Positions 1 through 13,981 of a DNA stretch of 64,000 nt are shown piece by piece (positions within the stretch are counted from its first letter, which is position 1; the number at the start of each line of letters is the position of its first letter). The stretch covers positions 3,100,001 to 3,164,000 of the forward strand of contig CATNEN010000007.1 of the NCBI GenBank assembly GCA_950097015.1, read 5' to 3'. Both the position numbers and the translations under genes were made by a program. The notes beneath the pieces are model-generated. The model worked only from the letters and a program-made list of their open reading frames with translations. It was not told where the DNA came from and searched no databases. The stretch comes from Macrostomum hystrix. Lineage: Eukaryota > Animalia > Platyhelminthes.

Positions 1-3000
1 AGTTGAAAATGATCCCCCAGTTGACAATGATCCCCCAGATGACAATGATCCCCCAGTTGACAATGATACCCCAGTTGACAATGATCCCCCAGTTGGCCAT
101 GATCCCCTAGTTGACAATGATCCCCCAGTTGACAATGATCCCCCAGTTGACAATGATCACCCAGTTGACAATGATACCCCAGTTGACAATGATCCCCCAG
201 TTGACAATGATCACCCAGTTGACGATGATCCCCCAGTTGACAATGATCCCCCAGTTGACAATGATCCGCCAGTTGACAATGTTCCCAAAGTTGACAATGA
301 TCCCCCAGTTGACATGATCCCGCAGTTCACAATGATCACCCAGTTGACAATGATCCCCCAGTTCATGATGATCACCCAGTTGACAATGATCCCACAGTTG
401 ACAATGATACCCCAGTTGACAATGATCCCTCAGTTGACAATGATCCCCCAGTTGACAATGATCACCCAGTTGACAATGATCCCCCAGTTGACAATTTTCC
501 CCCAGTTGACAACGATCCCCCAGATGACAATGATCCCCCAGTTGACAATGATACCCCAGTTGACAATGATCCCCCAGTTGGCCATGATCCCCTAGTTGAC
601 AATGATCCCCCAGTTGACAATGATCCCCCAGTTGAAAATGATCACCCAGTTGATAACGATACGCCAGTTGACAATGATCCCCCAGTTGACAATGATCACC
701 CAGTTGACGATGATCCCCCAGTTGACAATGATCCCCCAGTTGACAATGATCCGCCAGTTGACAATGTTCCCAAAGTTGACAATGATCCCCCAGTTGACAT
801 GATCCCGCAGTTCACAATGATCACCCAGTTGACAATGATCCCCCAGTTCATGATGATCACCCAGTTGACAATGATCCCACAGTTGACAATGATCCCCCAG
901 TTGACAATGATCCCTCAGTTGACAATGATCCCCCAGTTGACAATTTTCCACCAGTTGAAAATGGTCCCCCAGTTGACCATGATCCGCCAGTTGACAATGA
1001 TCACCCATTTGACGATGATCCACCAGTTGACAATGATCCCCCAGTTGACAATGATCCGCCAGTTGGCCATGATCCCCTAGTTGACAATGATCCACCAGTT
1101 GACAATGATCCCCCAGTTGACAATGATCACCCAGTTGACGATGATCCCCCAGTTGACAATGATCCACCAGTCGACAATAATTCCCCAGTTGACAATGATC
1201 CCCCAGTTGATGATGACTCCCCCTAGTTAATAATGATCACCCAGTTGACAATCATCCGCCAGTTGACAATGATCCCCTAGTTCAAATTGATCCCCCAGTT
1301 GACAATTATCCCCCAGTAGACAATTATCCCCCAGTTGACAATGATCCCCCAGTTGACAATGAACCCCCAGTTGACAATGATCCCCCAGTTGACGATTATC
1401 CCCCAGTTTAACATGATCCCCTATTTGATGATGATTCCCCAGTTGACAATTATCCCCCAGTTGACAAATATCCCCCAGTTGACAATGATCCTCCAGTTGA
1501 CAATGATCCTCCAGTTGACAATAATCCCCCAGTTAACCATGATCCCCCAGTTGACAATGATCCCCCAGTTGACAATGATCACCCAGTTAACGATGATCCA
1601 CCAGTTGACAATGATCCCCCAGTTGACAATGATCCGCCAGTTCACAATAATCCCCCAGTTGACAATGATCCCCCAGTTGAAAATGATCCCCCAGTTGACA
1701 ATGATCCCCCAGATGACAATGATCCCCCAGTTGACAATGATACCCCAGTTGACAATGATCCCCCAGTTGGCCATGATCCCCTAGTTGACAATGATCCCCC
1801 AGTTGACAATGATCCCCCAGTTGACAATGATCACCCAGTTGACAATGATACCCCAGTTGACAATGATCCCCCAGTTGACAATGATCACCCAGTTGACGAT
1901 GATCCCCCAGTTGACAATGATCCCCCAGTTGACAATGATCCGCCAGTTGACAATGTTCCCAAAGTTGACAATGATCCCCCAGTTGACATGATCCCGCAGT
2001 TCACAATGATCACCCAGTTGACAATGATCCCCCAGTTCATGATGATCACCCAGTTGACAATGATCCCACAGTTGACAATGATACCCCAGTTGACAATGAT
2101 CCCTCAGTTGACAATGATCCCCCAGTTGACAATGATCACCCAGTTGACAATGATCCCCCAGTTGACAATTTTCCCCCAGTTGACAACGATCCCCCAGATG
2201 ACAATGATCCCCCAGTTGACAATGATACCCCAGTTGACAATGATCCCCCAGTTGGCCATGATCCCCTAGTTGACAATGATCCCCCAGTTGACAATGATCC
2301 CCCAGTTGAAAATGATCACCCAGTTGATAACGATACGCCAGTTGACAATGATCCCCCAGTTGACAATGATCACCCAGTTGACGATGATCCCCCAGTTGAC
2401 AATGATCCCCCAGTTGACAATGATCCGCCAGTTGACAATGTTCCCAAAGTTGACAATGATCCCCCAGTTGACATGATCCCGCAGTTCACAATGATCACCC
2501 AGTTGACAATGATCCCCCAGTTCATGATGATCACCCAGTTGACAATGATCCCACAGTTGACAATGATCCCCCAGTTGACAATGATCCCTCAGTTGACAAT
2601 GATCCCCCAGTTGACAATTTTCCACCAGTTGAAAATGGTCCCCCAGTTGACCATGATCCGCCAGTTGACAATGATCACCCATTTGACGATGATCCACCAG
2701 TTGACAATGATCCCCCAGTTGACAATGATCCGCCAGTTGGCCATGATCCCCTAGTTGACAATGATCCACCAGTTGACAATGATCCCCCAGTTGACAATGA
2801 TCACCCAGTTGACAATGATCCCCCAGTTGACAATTTTCCCCCAGTTGACAACGATCCCCCAGATGACAATGATCCCCCAGTTGACAATGATACCCCAGTT
2901 GACAATGATCCCCCAGTTGGCCATGATCCCCGAGTTGACAATGATCCCCCCAGTTGACAATTAATACCCAGTTGACAATGATCCCCTAGTTGACAATGTT

Positions 3001-3579
3001 CCCGCAGTTGACAATGATCCCCCCGTTGACAATGATCCCCCATTTGATGATGACTCCCGATTGATGATGATCCCAGTTGACAATGATCTCAAGTTGAACA
3101 TGATCCCCCATTTGATGATGATTCCCCAGTTGACAATTATCCCCCAGTTGACAATGATCCCCCAGTTGACAATGATCCCCCAGTTGACAATGTTCCCCCA
3201 GTTGACAATGATCCCCCCGTTGACAATGATCCTCCATTTGATGATGACTCCCAATCAATGATGATCCCCAGTTGACAATGATCCCCAGTTGACCATGAAC
3301 CCCTATTTGATGATGATTCCCCAGTTGACAATTATCCCCCAGTTCACCATGATCCCCCAGTTTAAAATGGTCCCCCAGTTTACAATGATCCCCCAGTTGA
3401 CAAAGATCCCCCAGTTCACAATGAACCCCCAGTTGACAATGATCCCCCAGTTGACAATGATCCCCCAGTTGACAATGATCCCCCAGTTGACAATGATCCC
3501 CCAGTTGACAATGATCCCCCAGTTGACAATGAACCCCCAGTTGACAATGATACCCCAGTTGACAATGATCCCCCAGTTG
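1..3579. repeat. 18-bp minisatellite array, copy A (consensus GTTGACAATGATCCCCCA), runs off the window start
   Basis: Directly visible tandem unit. Higher-order periods of 485 bp (111 vs 596) and 1674 bp (111 vs 1785) show up as identical ORF-track translations. Confidence 0.98.
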
Positions 3580-4149
3580 CCAATATTTTCTCATGTACTC
3601 ACTGCATTCTTGTTTGCATCGGTATTTACTCTTGTAATTAGGCTCATGACTTTTGTAATAAGATCCTGGAGAGACGATTGGGAGCATTTTTAATGAGAAT
3701 ATAATTTTTTTTCGGAGGATGAGCACCCTAGGTTTGGGGTCTTGAGTTTGGGGAATGGGATTTTAGTGCTAATTTGATTGTCTTGGCACGCTTTTTGCAG
3801 CTTCGCTATTTTGTGCATGATCTCTTAGGGAGTGGCTGCGATAATTTGTTTTGTCCAAGTTCACAAACTGGAAAGTATTTTTTTTGGCGGGGGAACCTTG
3901 TTCCTTCAGGAAAGGTAATGGTTTGTGCAATAAGGAGGCTGCGATAATTTTTTGTCCTAGATATTCAACTTACAAACTGATGTGGAATATTAAAAGTAGA
4001 GAATTTAGAATATGGAGACGGAGTTTTTTAGAGAGAGGCGGGGACCCTTTTTTTCCTGATCTCTTCGGGAATAATAAAAGTAATGGTTTGTGGATAATGG
4101 AGGCTGCGATTATTTTTGTCCTAGAAGGCCCCTCTTGCATACTACTCGA

Positions 4150-4687
4150 TTCTGAGCCTAGATAACTATCGATGCTGAGCCTAGATAACTATCAATGCTG
4201 AGCCTAGGTAACTATCAATGCTGAGCCTAGATAACTATCAATGCTGAGCCTAGGTAACTATCGATGCTGAGCCTAGATAACTATCAATGCTGAGCCTAGA
4301 TAACTATCAATGCTGAGCCTAGATAACTATCAATGCTGAGCCTAGATAACTATCAATGCTGAGCCTAGATAACTATCAATGCTGAGCCTAGATAACTATC
4401 AATGCTGAGCCTAGATAACTATCAATGCTGAGCCTAGATAACTATCAATGCTGAGCCTAGATAGCTATCAATGCTGAGCCTAGATAACTATCAATGCTGA
4501 GCCTGGATAGCTATCAATCCTGTGCCTAGATATCTATAAAAATGTTGAGCCTAGAAATCTATAAGAATGTTGAGCCTAGATATGGATCGATTCTGAGCCT
4601 AGGAATCTATTAATTCTAAGCCTAGATATCTATCAATGCTGAGCATAGATATCTATCAATGCTGAGCCTAGATATCTATCAATGCTT
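4150..4687. repeat. 23-bp minisatellite (AATGCTGAGCCTAGATAACTATC), copy A
   Basis: Tandem unit visible, degenerating toward the 3' end. Confidence 0.95.
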
Positions 4688-4690
4688 TTG

Positions 4691-4759
4691 CAAGTAAGTA
4701 AGCAAGTAAGCAAGTAAGTAAGCAAGTAAGTAAGTAAGTAAGCAAGTAAGTAAGCAAGT
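4691..4759. repeat. (AAGT/AAGC)n microsatellite, copy A
   Basis: Direct reading. Confidence 0.9.
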
Positions 4760-5040
4760 ATAATCAAGAAATGTTACTTTCTGCCAAGAAAGGCCGATCA
4801 CTTGAATCAATGCAGTTCTCAGCTGTTGCCTTTGGAGTATGCTGTGATGTGAATTTTGAATCTGCTATAATTGAAATCTGCTATATCTGCTAAATGAGTT
4901 TGAATAAAACTCAATCAAAAAAATAAAAAAATATCTCAGTGCCGAACAGATAACAGAAGCCAGCTCAGCCTGTACACATTGGGCAGTAATTATCTCGCCA
5001 GTGGGGTTGACACAGCTATGCACATTTGGGTGAGAAATTC

Positions 5041-8000
5041 CTTATCAGTACGCTCGCCTAACAAAACTGGCTCTGATGCAATCATTAAAATTGGCACAGG
5101 AGCCTCACTGTGCACAAGCTGAAAACAAGAATGCATTAGAAAAGCCTATTTAAAACTGTTTTTCGAATATTTAATCCCCTTGCCAATGGAATTAAGCTTA
5201 ATAAAATTACGTGTACCGATTCCGGCCCATTTGTGATCTTTTGGCGAAGGAATTTTGAAAATCGGTTGAGCCGTTCGGGAGCTAGTCGATTGCAAACAAG
5301 CAAGCAAGATTTTCATTTTTAGTATATAAGACTAGCTGCCTTCGCTACCCTCTGGGTAGCCTCCCTGTGAGTTCTTATCAGTACGCGCGTGCGTTATCAA
5401 AACTGGCTCTGATGCAATCATTAAAATTGGCACTGGAGGCCTCACTGTGCACAAGCTGAAAACAAGAATGCATTAGAAAAGCCTATTTAAAACTGTTTTT
5501 CGAATATTTAATCCCCTTGCCAATGGAATTAAGCTTAATAAAATTACGTGTACCGATTCCGGCCCATTTGTGATCTTTTGGCGAAGGAATTTTGAAAATC
5601 GGTTGAGCCGTTCGGGAGCTAGTCGATTGCAAACAAACATACAAGATTTTCATTTTTAGTATATTACTAGCTGCCTTCGCTACCCTCTGGGTAGCCTCAC
5701 TGGAGTTCTTATCAGTTCGTTATCAAAACTGGCTCTGATGCAATCATAAAAATTGGCACTGGAGCCTCACTGTGCACAAGCTGAAAACAAGAATGCATTA
5801 GAAAAGCCTATTTAAAACTGTTTTTCGAATATTTAATCCCCTTGGCAATGGAATTAAGCTTAAAAAAAATACGTGTACCGATTCGGGCCCATTTGTGATC
5901 TTTTGGCGAAGGAATTGTGAAAATCGGTTGAGCCGTTCGGGAGCTAGTCGATTGCAAACATACAAACATACAAACATACATACAAGATTTTCATTTTTAG
6001 TATATTAGACTAGCTGCCCTTCGCTACCCTCTGGGTAGCCTACCTTGAGTTCTTATCAGTGCGTTATCAAAATTGGCTCTGATGCAATCATTAAAATTGG
6101 CACTGGAGGCCTCACTGTGCACAAGCTGAAAACAAGAATGCATTAGAAAAGCCTATTTAAAACGGTTTTTCGAATATTTAATCCCCTTGGCAATGGAATT
6201 AAGCTTAATAAAAATACGTGTACCGATTCCGGCCCATTTGTGATCTTTTGGCGAAGGAATTGTGAAAATCGGTTGAGCCGTTCGGGAGCTAGTCGATTGC
6301 AAGCAAGCAAGATTTTCATTTTTAGTATATTAGAAGACTAGCTGCCTTCGCTACCCTCTGGGTAGCCTCCCTGTGAGTTCTTATCAGTACGCGCGTGCGT
6401 TATCAAAACTGGCTCTGATGCAATCATTAAATTTGGCACTGGAGGCCTCACTGTGCACAAGCTGAAAACAAGAATGCATTAGAAAAGCCTATTTAAAACA
6501 GTTTTTCGAATATTTAATCCCCTTAGCAATGAAATTAAGCTTAATAAAAATACGTGTACCGATTCGGGACCAATTGTGATCTTTTGGCGAAGGAATTGCG
6601 AAAATCGGTTGAGCCGTTCGGGAGCTAGTCGATTGCAAACAAGCAAGCAAGATTTTCATTTTTAGTATATTAGACTAGCTGCCTTCGCTACCCTCTGGGT
6701 AGCCTCACTGGAGTTCTTATCAGTTCGTTATCAAAACTGGCTCTGATGCAATCATTAAAATTGGCACTGGAGGCCTCACTGTGCACAAGCTGAAAACAAG
6801 AATGCATTAGAAAAGCCTATTTAAAACTGTTTTTCGAATATTTAATCCCCTTGCCAATGGAATTAAGCTTAATAAAATTACGTGTACCGATTCGGGACCA
6901 ATTGTGATCTTTTGGCGAAGGAATTTTGAAAATCGGTTGAGCCGTTCGGGAGCTAGTCGATTGCAAACAAACATACAAGATTTTCATTTTTAGTATATTA
7001 TATAAGACTAGCTGCCTTCGCTACCCTCTGGGTAGCCTCCCTGTGAGTTCTTATCAGTACGCGCGTGCGTTATCAAAACTGGCTCTGATGCAATCATTAA
7101 ATTTGGCACTGGAGGCCTCACTGTGCACAAGCTGAAAACAAGAATGCATTAGAAAAGCCTATTTAAAACAGTTTTTCGAATATTTAATCCCCTTAGCAAT
7201 GAAATTAAGCTTAATAAAAATACGTGTACCGATTCGGGACCAATTGTGATCTTTTGGCGAAGGAATTGCGAAAATCGGTTGAGCCGTTCGGGAGCTAGTC
7301 GATTGCAAACAAGCAAGCAAGATTTTCATTTTTAGTATATTAGACTAGCTGCCTTCGCTACCCTCTGGGTAGCCTCACTGGAGTTCTTATCAGTTCGTTA
7401 TCAAAACTGGCTCTGATGCAATCATTAAAGTTGGCACTGGAGCCTCACTGTGCACAAGCTGAAAACAAGAATGCATTAGAAAAGCCTATTTAAATCTGTT
7501 TTTCGAATATTTAATCCCCTTGGCAATGGAATTAAGCTTAATAAAAATACGTGTACCGATTCCGGCCCATTTGTGATCTTTTGGCGAAGGAATTGCGAAA
7601 ATCGGTTGAGCCGTTCGGGAGCTAGTCGATTGCAAACATACAAGCAAGCAAGCAAGCAAGCAAGATTTTCATTTTTAGTATATTAGACTAGCTGCCTTCG
7701 CTACCCTCTGGGTAGCCTCACTGGAGTTCTTATCAGTTCGTTATCAAAACTGGCTCTGATGCAATCATTAAAATTGGCACTGGAGCCTCACTGTGCACAA
7801 GCTGAAAACAAGAATGCATTAGAAAAGCCTATTTAAAACTGTTTTTCGAATATTTAATCCCCTTTGCAATGAAATTAAGCTTAATAAAATTACGTGTACC
7901 GATTCCGGCCCAATTGCGATCTTTTAGTGAAAGAATTTTGAAAATCGGTTGAGCCGTTCGGGAGCTAGTCGATTGCAAACAAGCAAGCAAGCAAGCAAGA

Positions 8001-9041
8001 TTTTCATTTTTAGTATATTAGACTAGCTGCCTTCGCTACCCTCTGGGTAGCCTCCCTGTGAGTTCTTATCAGTACGCGCGTGCGTTATCAAAACTGGCTC
8101 TGATGCAATCATTAAATTTGGCACTGGAGGCCTAACTGTGCACAAGCTGAAAACAAGAATGCATTAGAAAAGCCTATTTAAAACTGTTTTTCGAATATTT
8201 AATCCCCTTGGCAATGGAATTAAGCTTAATAAAAATACGTGTATAGTTGTCCCCATATTTGGCATCTTTTGGTGAAGAAATGGTGAAAATTGGTTGAGCC
8301 GTTCGGGAGAAAATCAATTACGAACAAGCAAGCAAGATTTTCATTTTTAGTATATTAGACTAGCTGCCCTTCGCTACCCTCTGGGTAGCCTCCCTGTGAG
8401 TTCTTATCAGTTCGTTATCAAAACTGGCTCTGATGCAATCATTAAAATTGGCACTGGAGCCTCACTGTGCACAAGCTGAAAACAAGAATGCATTAGAAAA
8501 GCCTATTTAAAACTGTTTTTCGAATATTTAATCCCCTTGGCAATGAAATTAAGCTTAATAAAAATACGTGTACCGATTCCGGCCCATTTGTGATCTTTTG
8601 GCGAAGGAATTGTGAAAATCGGTTGAGCCGTTCGGGAGCTAGTCGATTGCAAACATACAAACATACAAACAAGATTTTCATTTTTAGTATATTAGATAGA
8701 CTAGCTGCCTTCGCTACCCTCTGGGTAGCCTCACTGGAGTTCTTATCAGTTCGTTATCAAAACTGGCTCTGATGCAATCATTAAAGTTGGCACTGGAGCC
8801 TCACTGTGCACAAGCTGAAAAGAAGAATGCATTAGAAAAGCCTATTTAAAACAGTTTTTCGAATATTTAATCCCCTTGGCAATGGAATTAAGCTTAATAA
8901 AAATACGTGTACCGATTCCGGCCCAATTGCGATCTTTTAGTGAAAGAATTTTGAAAATCGGTTGAGCCGTTCGGGAGCTAGTCGATTGCAAACATACAAA
9001 CATACAAACATACAAACAAGATTTTCATTTTTAGTATATTA
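5041..9041 (-). mobile_element. Head-to-tail array of 12 non-autonomous mini-Helitrons (~328-343 bp each)
   Basis: On the minus strand each unit begins TC(TAATATACTAAAAATG...) and ends with the perfect hairpin GCTACCC-AGA-GGGTAGC, 8 nt, then CTAG. Terminal CTAGs are at 5332, 5667, 6010, 6338, 6675, 7008, 7345, 7688, 8023, 8360 and 8701. Units carry an internal (CAAG/CAAA/CATA)n microsatellite and an AAAATCGGTTGAGCCGTTC core. The 5'-TC, hairpin and CTRR-3' pattern is the canonical Helitron signature. Confidence 0.85.
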
Positions 9042-9135
9042 CTAGCATGTTTTGCCCCCCTTCGGGGAGCAGAAATATTTTTAATTCGTCTTGTATATAC
9101 TTTTTAGCAGCTGTATTTTCAGCTTTTTAATCCTA

Positions 9136-12100
9136 CAATGATCCCCCAGTTGACAATGATCCCCCAGTTGAAAATGATCCCCCAGTCAACAATGATTCCC
9201 CAGTTGACAATGATCCCCCAGTTGATGATGACTCCCCATTGATGATGACCCCCCAGTTGACAATGTTCCCCCAGTTGACAATAATCCTCCAGTTGACAAT
9301 GATCCCCAGTTGACAATGTTCCGCAAGTTGACAATGATCCCCCAGTTGACAATGATCCCCCAGTTTACAATAATCCCCCAGTTGACAATAATCCTCCAGT
9401 TGACAATGATCCCCAGTTGACAATGTTCCCCAAGTTGACATTGATCCCCCAGTTAACAATGATCCCCCAGTTAACAATGATCCACCAGTTGGTGATGATC
9501 CCCCAGTTGACAATGATCCCCAAGTTTAAAATGATCCCCCAGTTGACAATGATCCACCAGTTGATTATGATCCCCCAGTTGACAATGATCCCCAGTTTAA
9601 AATGATCCCACTGTTGAGAAAGATCCACCAGTTGATGATGATCCCCCAGTTGACGATGATCCCCCAGTTGACAATGATCCACCAGTCGACAATAATTCCC
9701 CAGTTGACAATGATCCCCCAGTTGATGATGACTCCCCATTGATGATGATCCCCCAGTTGACAATGATCGACCAGTCGACAATGATTCCCCAGTTGAGATT
9801 GATCCCCCGATTGATGATGATCACCCAGTTGACAATGATCCCCCAGTTGATGATGACTCCCCATTGATGAGGATCCCCAGTTGAGAATGTTCCCCCAGTT
9901 GACAATGATCCCCCAGTTGACAATAATTCCCCAGTTTACAATGATTCCCCTAGTTAATAATGATCACCCAGTTGACAATCATCCGCCAGTTGACAATGAT
10001 CCCCTAGTTCAAATTGATCCCCCAGTTGACAATTATCCCCCAGTAGACAATTATCCCCCAGTTGACAATGATCCCCCAGTTGACAATGAACCCCCAGTTG
10101 ACAATGATCCCCCAGTTGACGATTATCCCCCAGTTTAACATGATCCCCTATTTGATGATGATTCCCCAGTTGACAATTATCCCCCAGTTGACAAATATCC
10201 CCCAGTTGACAATGATCCTCCAGTTGACAATGATCCTCCAGTTGACAATAATCCCCCAGTTAACCATGATCCCCCAGTTGACAATGATCCCCCAGTTGAC
10301 AATGATCACCCAGTTAACGATGATCCACCAGTTGACAATGATCCCCCAGTTGACAATGATCCGCCAGTTCACAATAATCCCCCAGTTGACAATGATCCCC
10401 CAGTTGAAAATGATCCCCCAGTTGACAATGATCCCCCAGATGACAATGATCCCCCAGTTGACAATGATACCCCAGTTGACAATGATCCCCCAGTTGGCCA
10501 TGATCCCCTAGTTGACAATGATCCCCCAGTTGACAATGATCCCCCAGTTGACAATGATCACCCAGTTGACAATGATACCCCAGTTGACAATGATCCCCCA
10601 GTTGACAATGATCACCCAGTTGACGATGATCCCCCAGTTGACAATGATCCCCCAGTTGACAATGATCCGCCAGTTGACAATGTTCCCAAAGTTGACAATG
10701 ATCCCCCAGTTGACATGATCCCGCAGTTCACAATGATCACCCAGTTGACAATGATCCCCCAGTTCATGATGATCACCCAGTTGACAATGATCCCACAGTT
10801 GACAATGATACCCCAGTTGACAATGATCCCTCAGTTGACAATGATCCCCCAGTTGACAATGATCACCCAGTTGACAATGATCCCCCAGTTGACAATTTTC
10901 CCCCAGTTGACAACGATCCCCCAGATGACAATGATCCCCCAGTTGACAATGATACCCCAGTTGACAATGATCCCCCAGTTGGCCATGATCCCCTAGTTGA
11001 CAATGATCCCCCAGTTGACAATGATCCCCCAGTTGAAAATGATCACCCAGTTGATAACGATACGCCAGTTGACAATGATCCCCCAGTTGACAATGATCAC
11101 CCAGTTGACGATGATCCCCCAGTTGACAATGATCCCCCAGTTGACAATGATCCGCCAGTTGACAATGTTCCCAAAGTTGACAATGATCCCCCAGTTGACA
11201 TGATCCCGCAGTTCACAATGATCACCCAGTTGACAATGATCCCCCAGTTCATGATGATCACCCAGTTGACAATGATCCCACAGTTGACAATGATCCCCCA
11301 GTTGACAATGATCCCTCAGTTGACAATGATCCCCCAGTTGACAATTTTCCACCAGTTGAAAATGGTCCCCCAGTTGACCATGATCCGCCAGTTGACAATG
11401 ATCACCCATTTGACGATGATCCACCAGTTGACAATGATCCCCCAGTTGACAATGATCCGCCAGTTGGCCATGATCCCCTAGTTGACAATGATCCACCAGT
11501 TGACAATGATCCCCCAGTTGACAATGATCACCCAGTTGACGATGATCCCCCAGTTGACAATGATCCACCAGTCGACAATAATTCCCCAGTTGACAATGAT
11601 CCCCCAGTTGATGATGACTCCCCCTAGTTAATAATGATCACCCAGTTGACAATCATCCGCCAGTTGACAATGATCCCCTAGTTCAAATTGATCCCCCAGT
11701 TGACAATTATCCCCCAGTAGACAATTATCCCCCAGTTGACAATGATCCCCCAGTTGACAATGAACCCCCAGTTGACAATGATCCCCCAGTTGACGATTAT
11801 CCCCCAGTTTAACATGATCCCCTATTTGATGATGATTCCCCAGTTGACAATTATCCCCCAGTTGACAAATATCCCCCAGTTGACAATGATCCTCCAGTTG
11901 ACAATGATCCTCCAGTTGACAATAATCCCCCAGTTAACCATGATCCCCCAGTTGACAATGATCCCCCAGTTGACAATGATCACCCAGTTAACGATGATCC
12001 ACCAGTTGACAATGATCCCCCAGTTGACAATGATCCGCCAGTTCACAATAATCCCCCAGTTGACAATGATCCCCCAGTTGAAAATGATCCCCCAGTTGAC

Positions 12101-13981
12101 AATGATCCCCCAGATGACAATGATCCCCCAGTTGACAATGATACCCCAGTTGACAATGATCCCCCAGTTGGCCATGATCCCCTAGTTGACAATGATCCCC
12201 CAGTTGACAATGATCCCCCAGTTGACAATGATCACCCAGTTGACAATGATACCCCAGTTGACAATGATCCCCCAGTTGACAATGATCACCCAGTTGACGA
12301 TGATCCCCCAGTTGACAATGATCCCCCAGTTGACAATGATCCGCCAGTTGACAATGTTCCCAAAGTTGACAATGATCCCCCAGTTGACATGATCCCGCAG
12401 TTCACAATGATCACCCAGTTGACAATGATCCCCCAGTTCATGATGATCACCCAGTTGACAATGATCCCACAGTTGACAATGATACCCCAGTTGACAATGA
12501 TCCCTCAGTTGACAATGATCCCCCAGTTGACAATGATCACCCAGTTGACAATGATCCCCCAGTTGACAATTTTCCCCCAGTTGACAACGATCCCCCAGAT
12601 GACAATGATCCCCCAGTTGACAATGATACCCCAGTTGACAATGATCCCCCAGTTGGCCATGATCCCCTAGTTGACAATGATCCCCCAGTTGACAATGATC
12701 CCCCAGTTGAAAATGATCACCCAGTTGATAACGATACGCCAGTTGACAATGATCCCCCAGTTGACAATGATCACCCAGTTGACGATGATCCCCCAGTTGA
12801 CAATGATCCCCCAGTTGACAATGATCCGCCAGTTGACAATGTTCCCAAAGTTGACAATGATCCCCCAGTTGACATGATCCCGCAGTTCACAATGATCACC
12901 CAGTTGACAATGATCCCCCAGTTCATGATGATCACCCAGTTGACAATGATCCCACAGTTGACAATGATCCCCCAGTTGACAATGATCCCTCAGTTGACAA
13001 TGATCCCCCAGTTGACAATTTTCCACCAGTTGAAAATGGTCCCCCAGTTGACCATGATCCGCCAGTTGACAATGATCACCCATTTGACGATGATCCACCA
13101 GTTGACAATGATCCCCCAGTTGACAATGATCCGCCAGTTGGCCATGATCCCCTAGTTGACAATGATCCACCAGTTGACAATGATCCCCCAGTTGACAATG
13201 ATCACCCAGTTGACAATGATCCCCCAGTTGACAATTTTCCCCCAGTTGACAACGATCCCCCAGATGACAATGATCCCCCAGTTGACAATGATACCCCAGT
13301 TGACAATGATCCCCCAGTTGGCCATGATCCCCGAGTTGACAATGATCCCCCCAGTTGACAATTAATACCCAGTTGACAATGATCCCCTAGTTGACAATGT
13401 TCCCGCAGTTGACAATGATCCCCCCGTTGACAATGATCCCCCATTTGATGATGACTCCCGATTGATGATGATCCCAGTTGACAATGATCTCAAGTTGAAC
13501 ATGATCCCCCATTTGATGATGATTCCCCAGTTGACAATTATCCCCCAGTTGACAATGATCCCCCAGTTGACAATGATCCCCCAGTTGACAATGTTCCCCC
13601 AGTTGACAATGATCCCCCCGTTGACAATGATCCTCCATTTGATGATGACTCCCAATCAATGATGATCCCCAGTTGACAATGATCCCCAGTTGACCATGAA
13701 CCCCTATTTGATGATGATTCCCCAGTTGACAATTATCCCCCAGTTCACCATGATCCCCCCAGTTTAAAATGGTCCCCCAGTTTACAATGATCCCCCAGTT
13801 GACAAAGATCCCCCAGTTCACAATGAACCCCCAGTTGACAATGATCCCCCAGTTGACAATGATCCCCCAGTTGACAATGATCCCCCAGTTGACAATGATC
13901 CCCCAGTTGACAATGATCCCCCAGTTGACAATGAACCCCCAGTTGACAATGATACCCCAGTTGACAATGATCCCCCAGTTG
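9136..13981. repeat. 18-bp minisatellite array, copy B
   Basis: Same unit as copy A. 10402-13981 appears identical to 1-3579 except for one extra C near 13750. Confidence 0.98.

Noticed and set aside
3851-4165. 104-aa ORF (and its copy at 14253-14567)
   Set aside because: Non-ATG start, AT-rich sequence, built partly from a thrice-repeated GGCTGCGAT(A/T)ATTT motif, and no recognisable domain.
4150-9041. CRISPR-like array (23-bp repeats or ~335-bp periodicity)
   Set aside because: There are no unique spacers and no cas genes; whole units are repeated and carry Helitron termini.
1-13981. Many ORFs in the 18-bp arrays (MIPQLT, PVDNDP, GDHCQL, WGIIVN repeats)
   Set aside because: They are by-products of an 18-bp unit open in several frames on both strands. 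Scattered stops and 1-bp indels show no frame is preserved.
1-13981. TTGACA in every unit as an array of bacterial -35 boxes
   Set aside because: The context is eukaryotic, and there are no matching -10 elements or bacterial genes.
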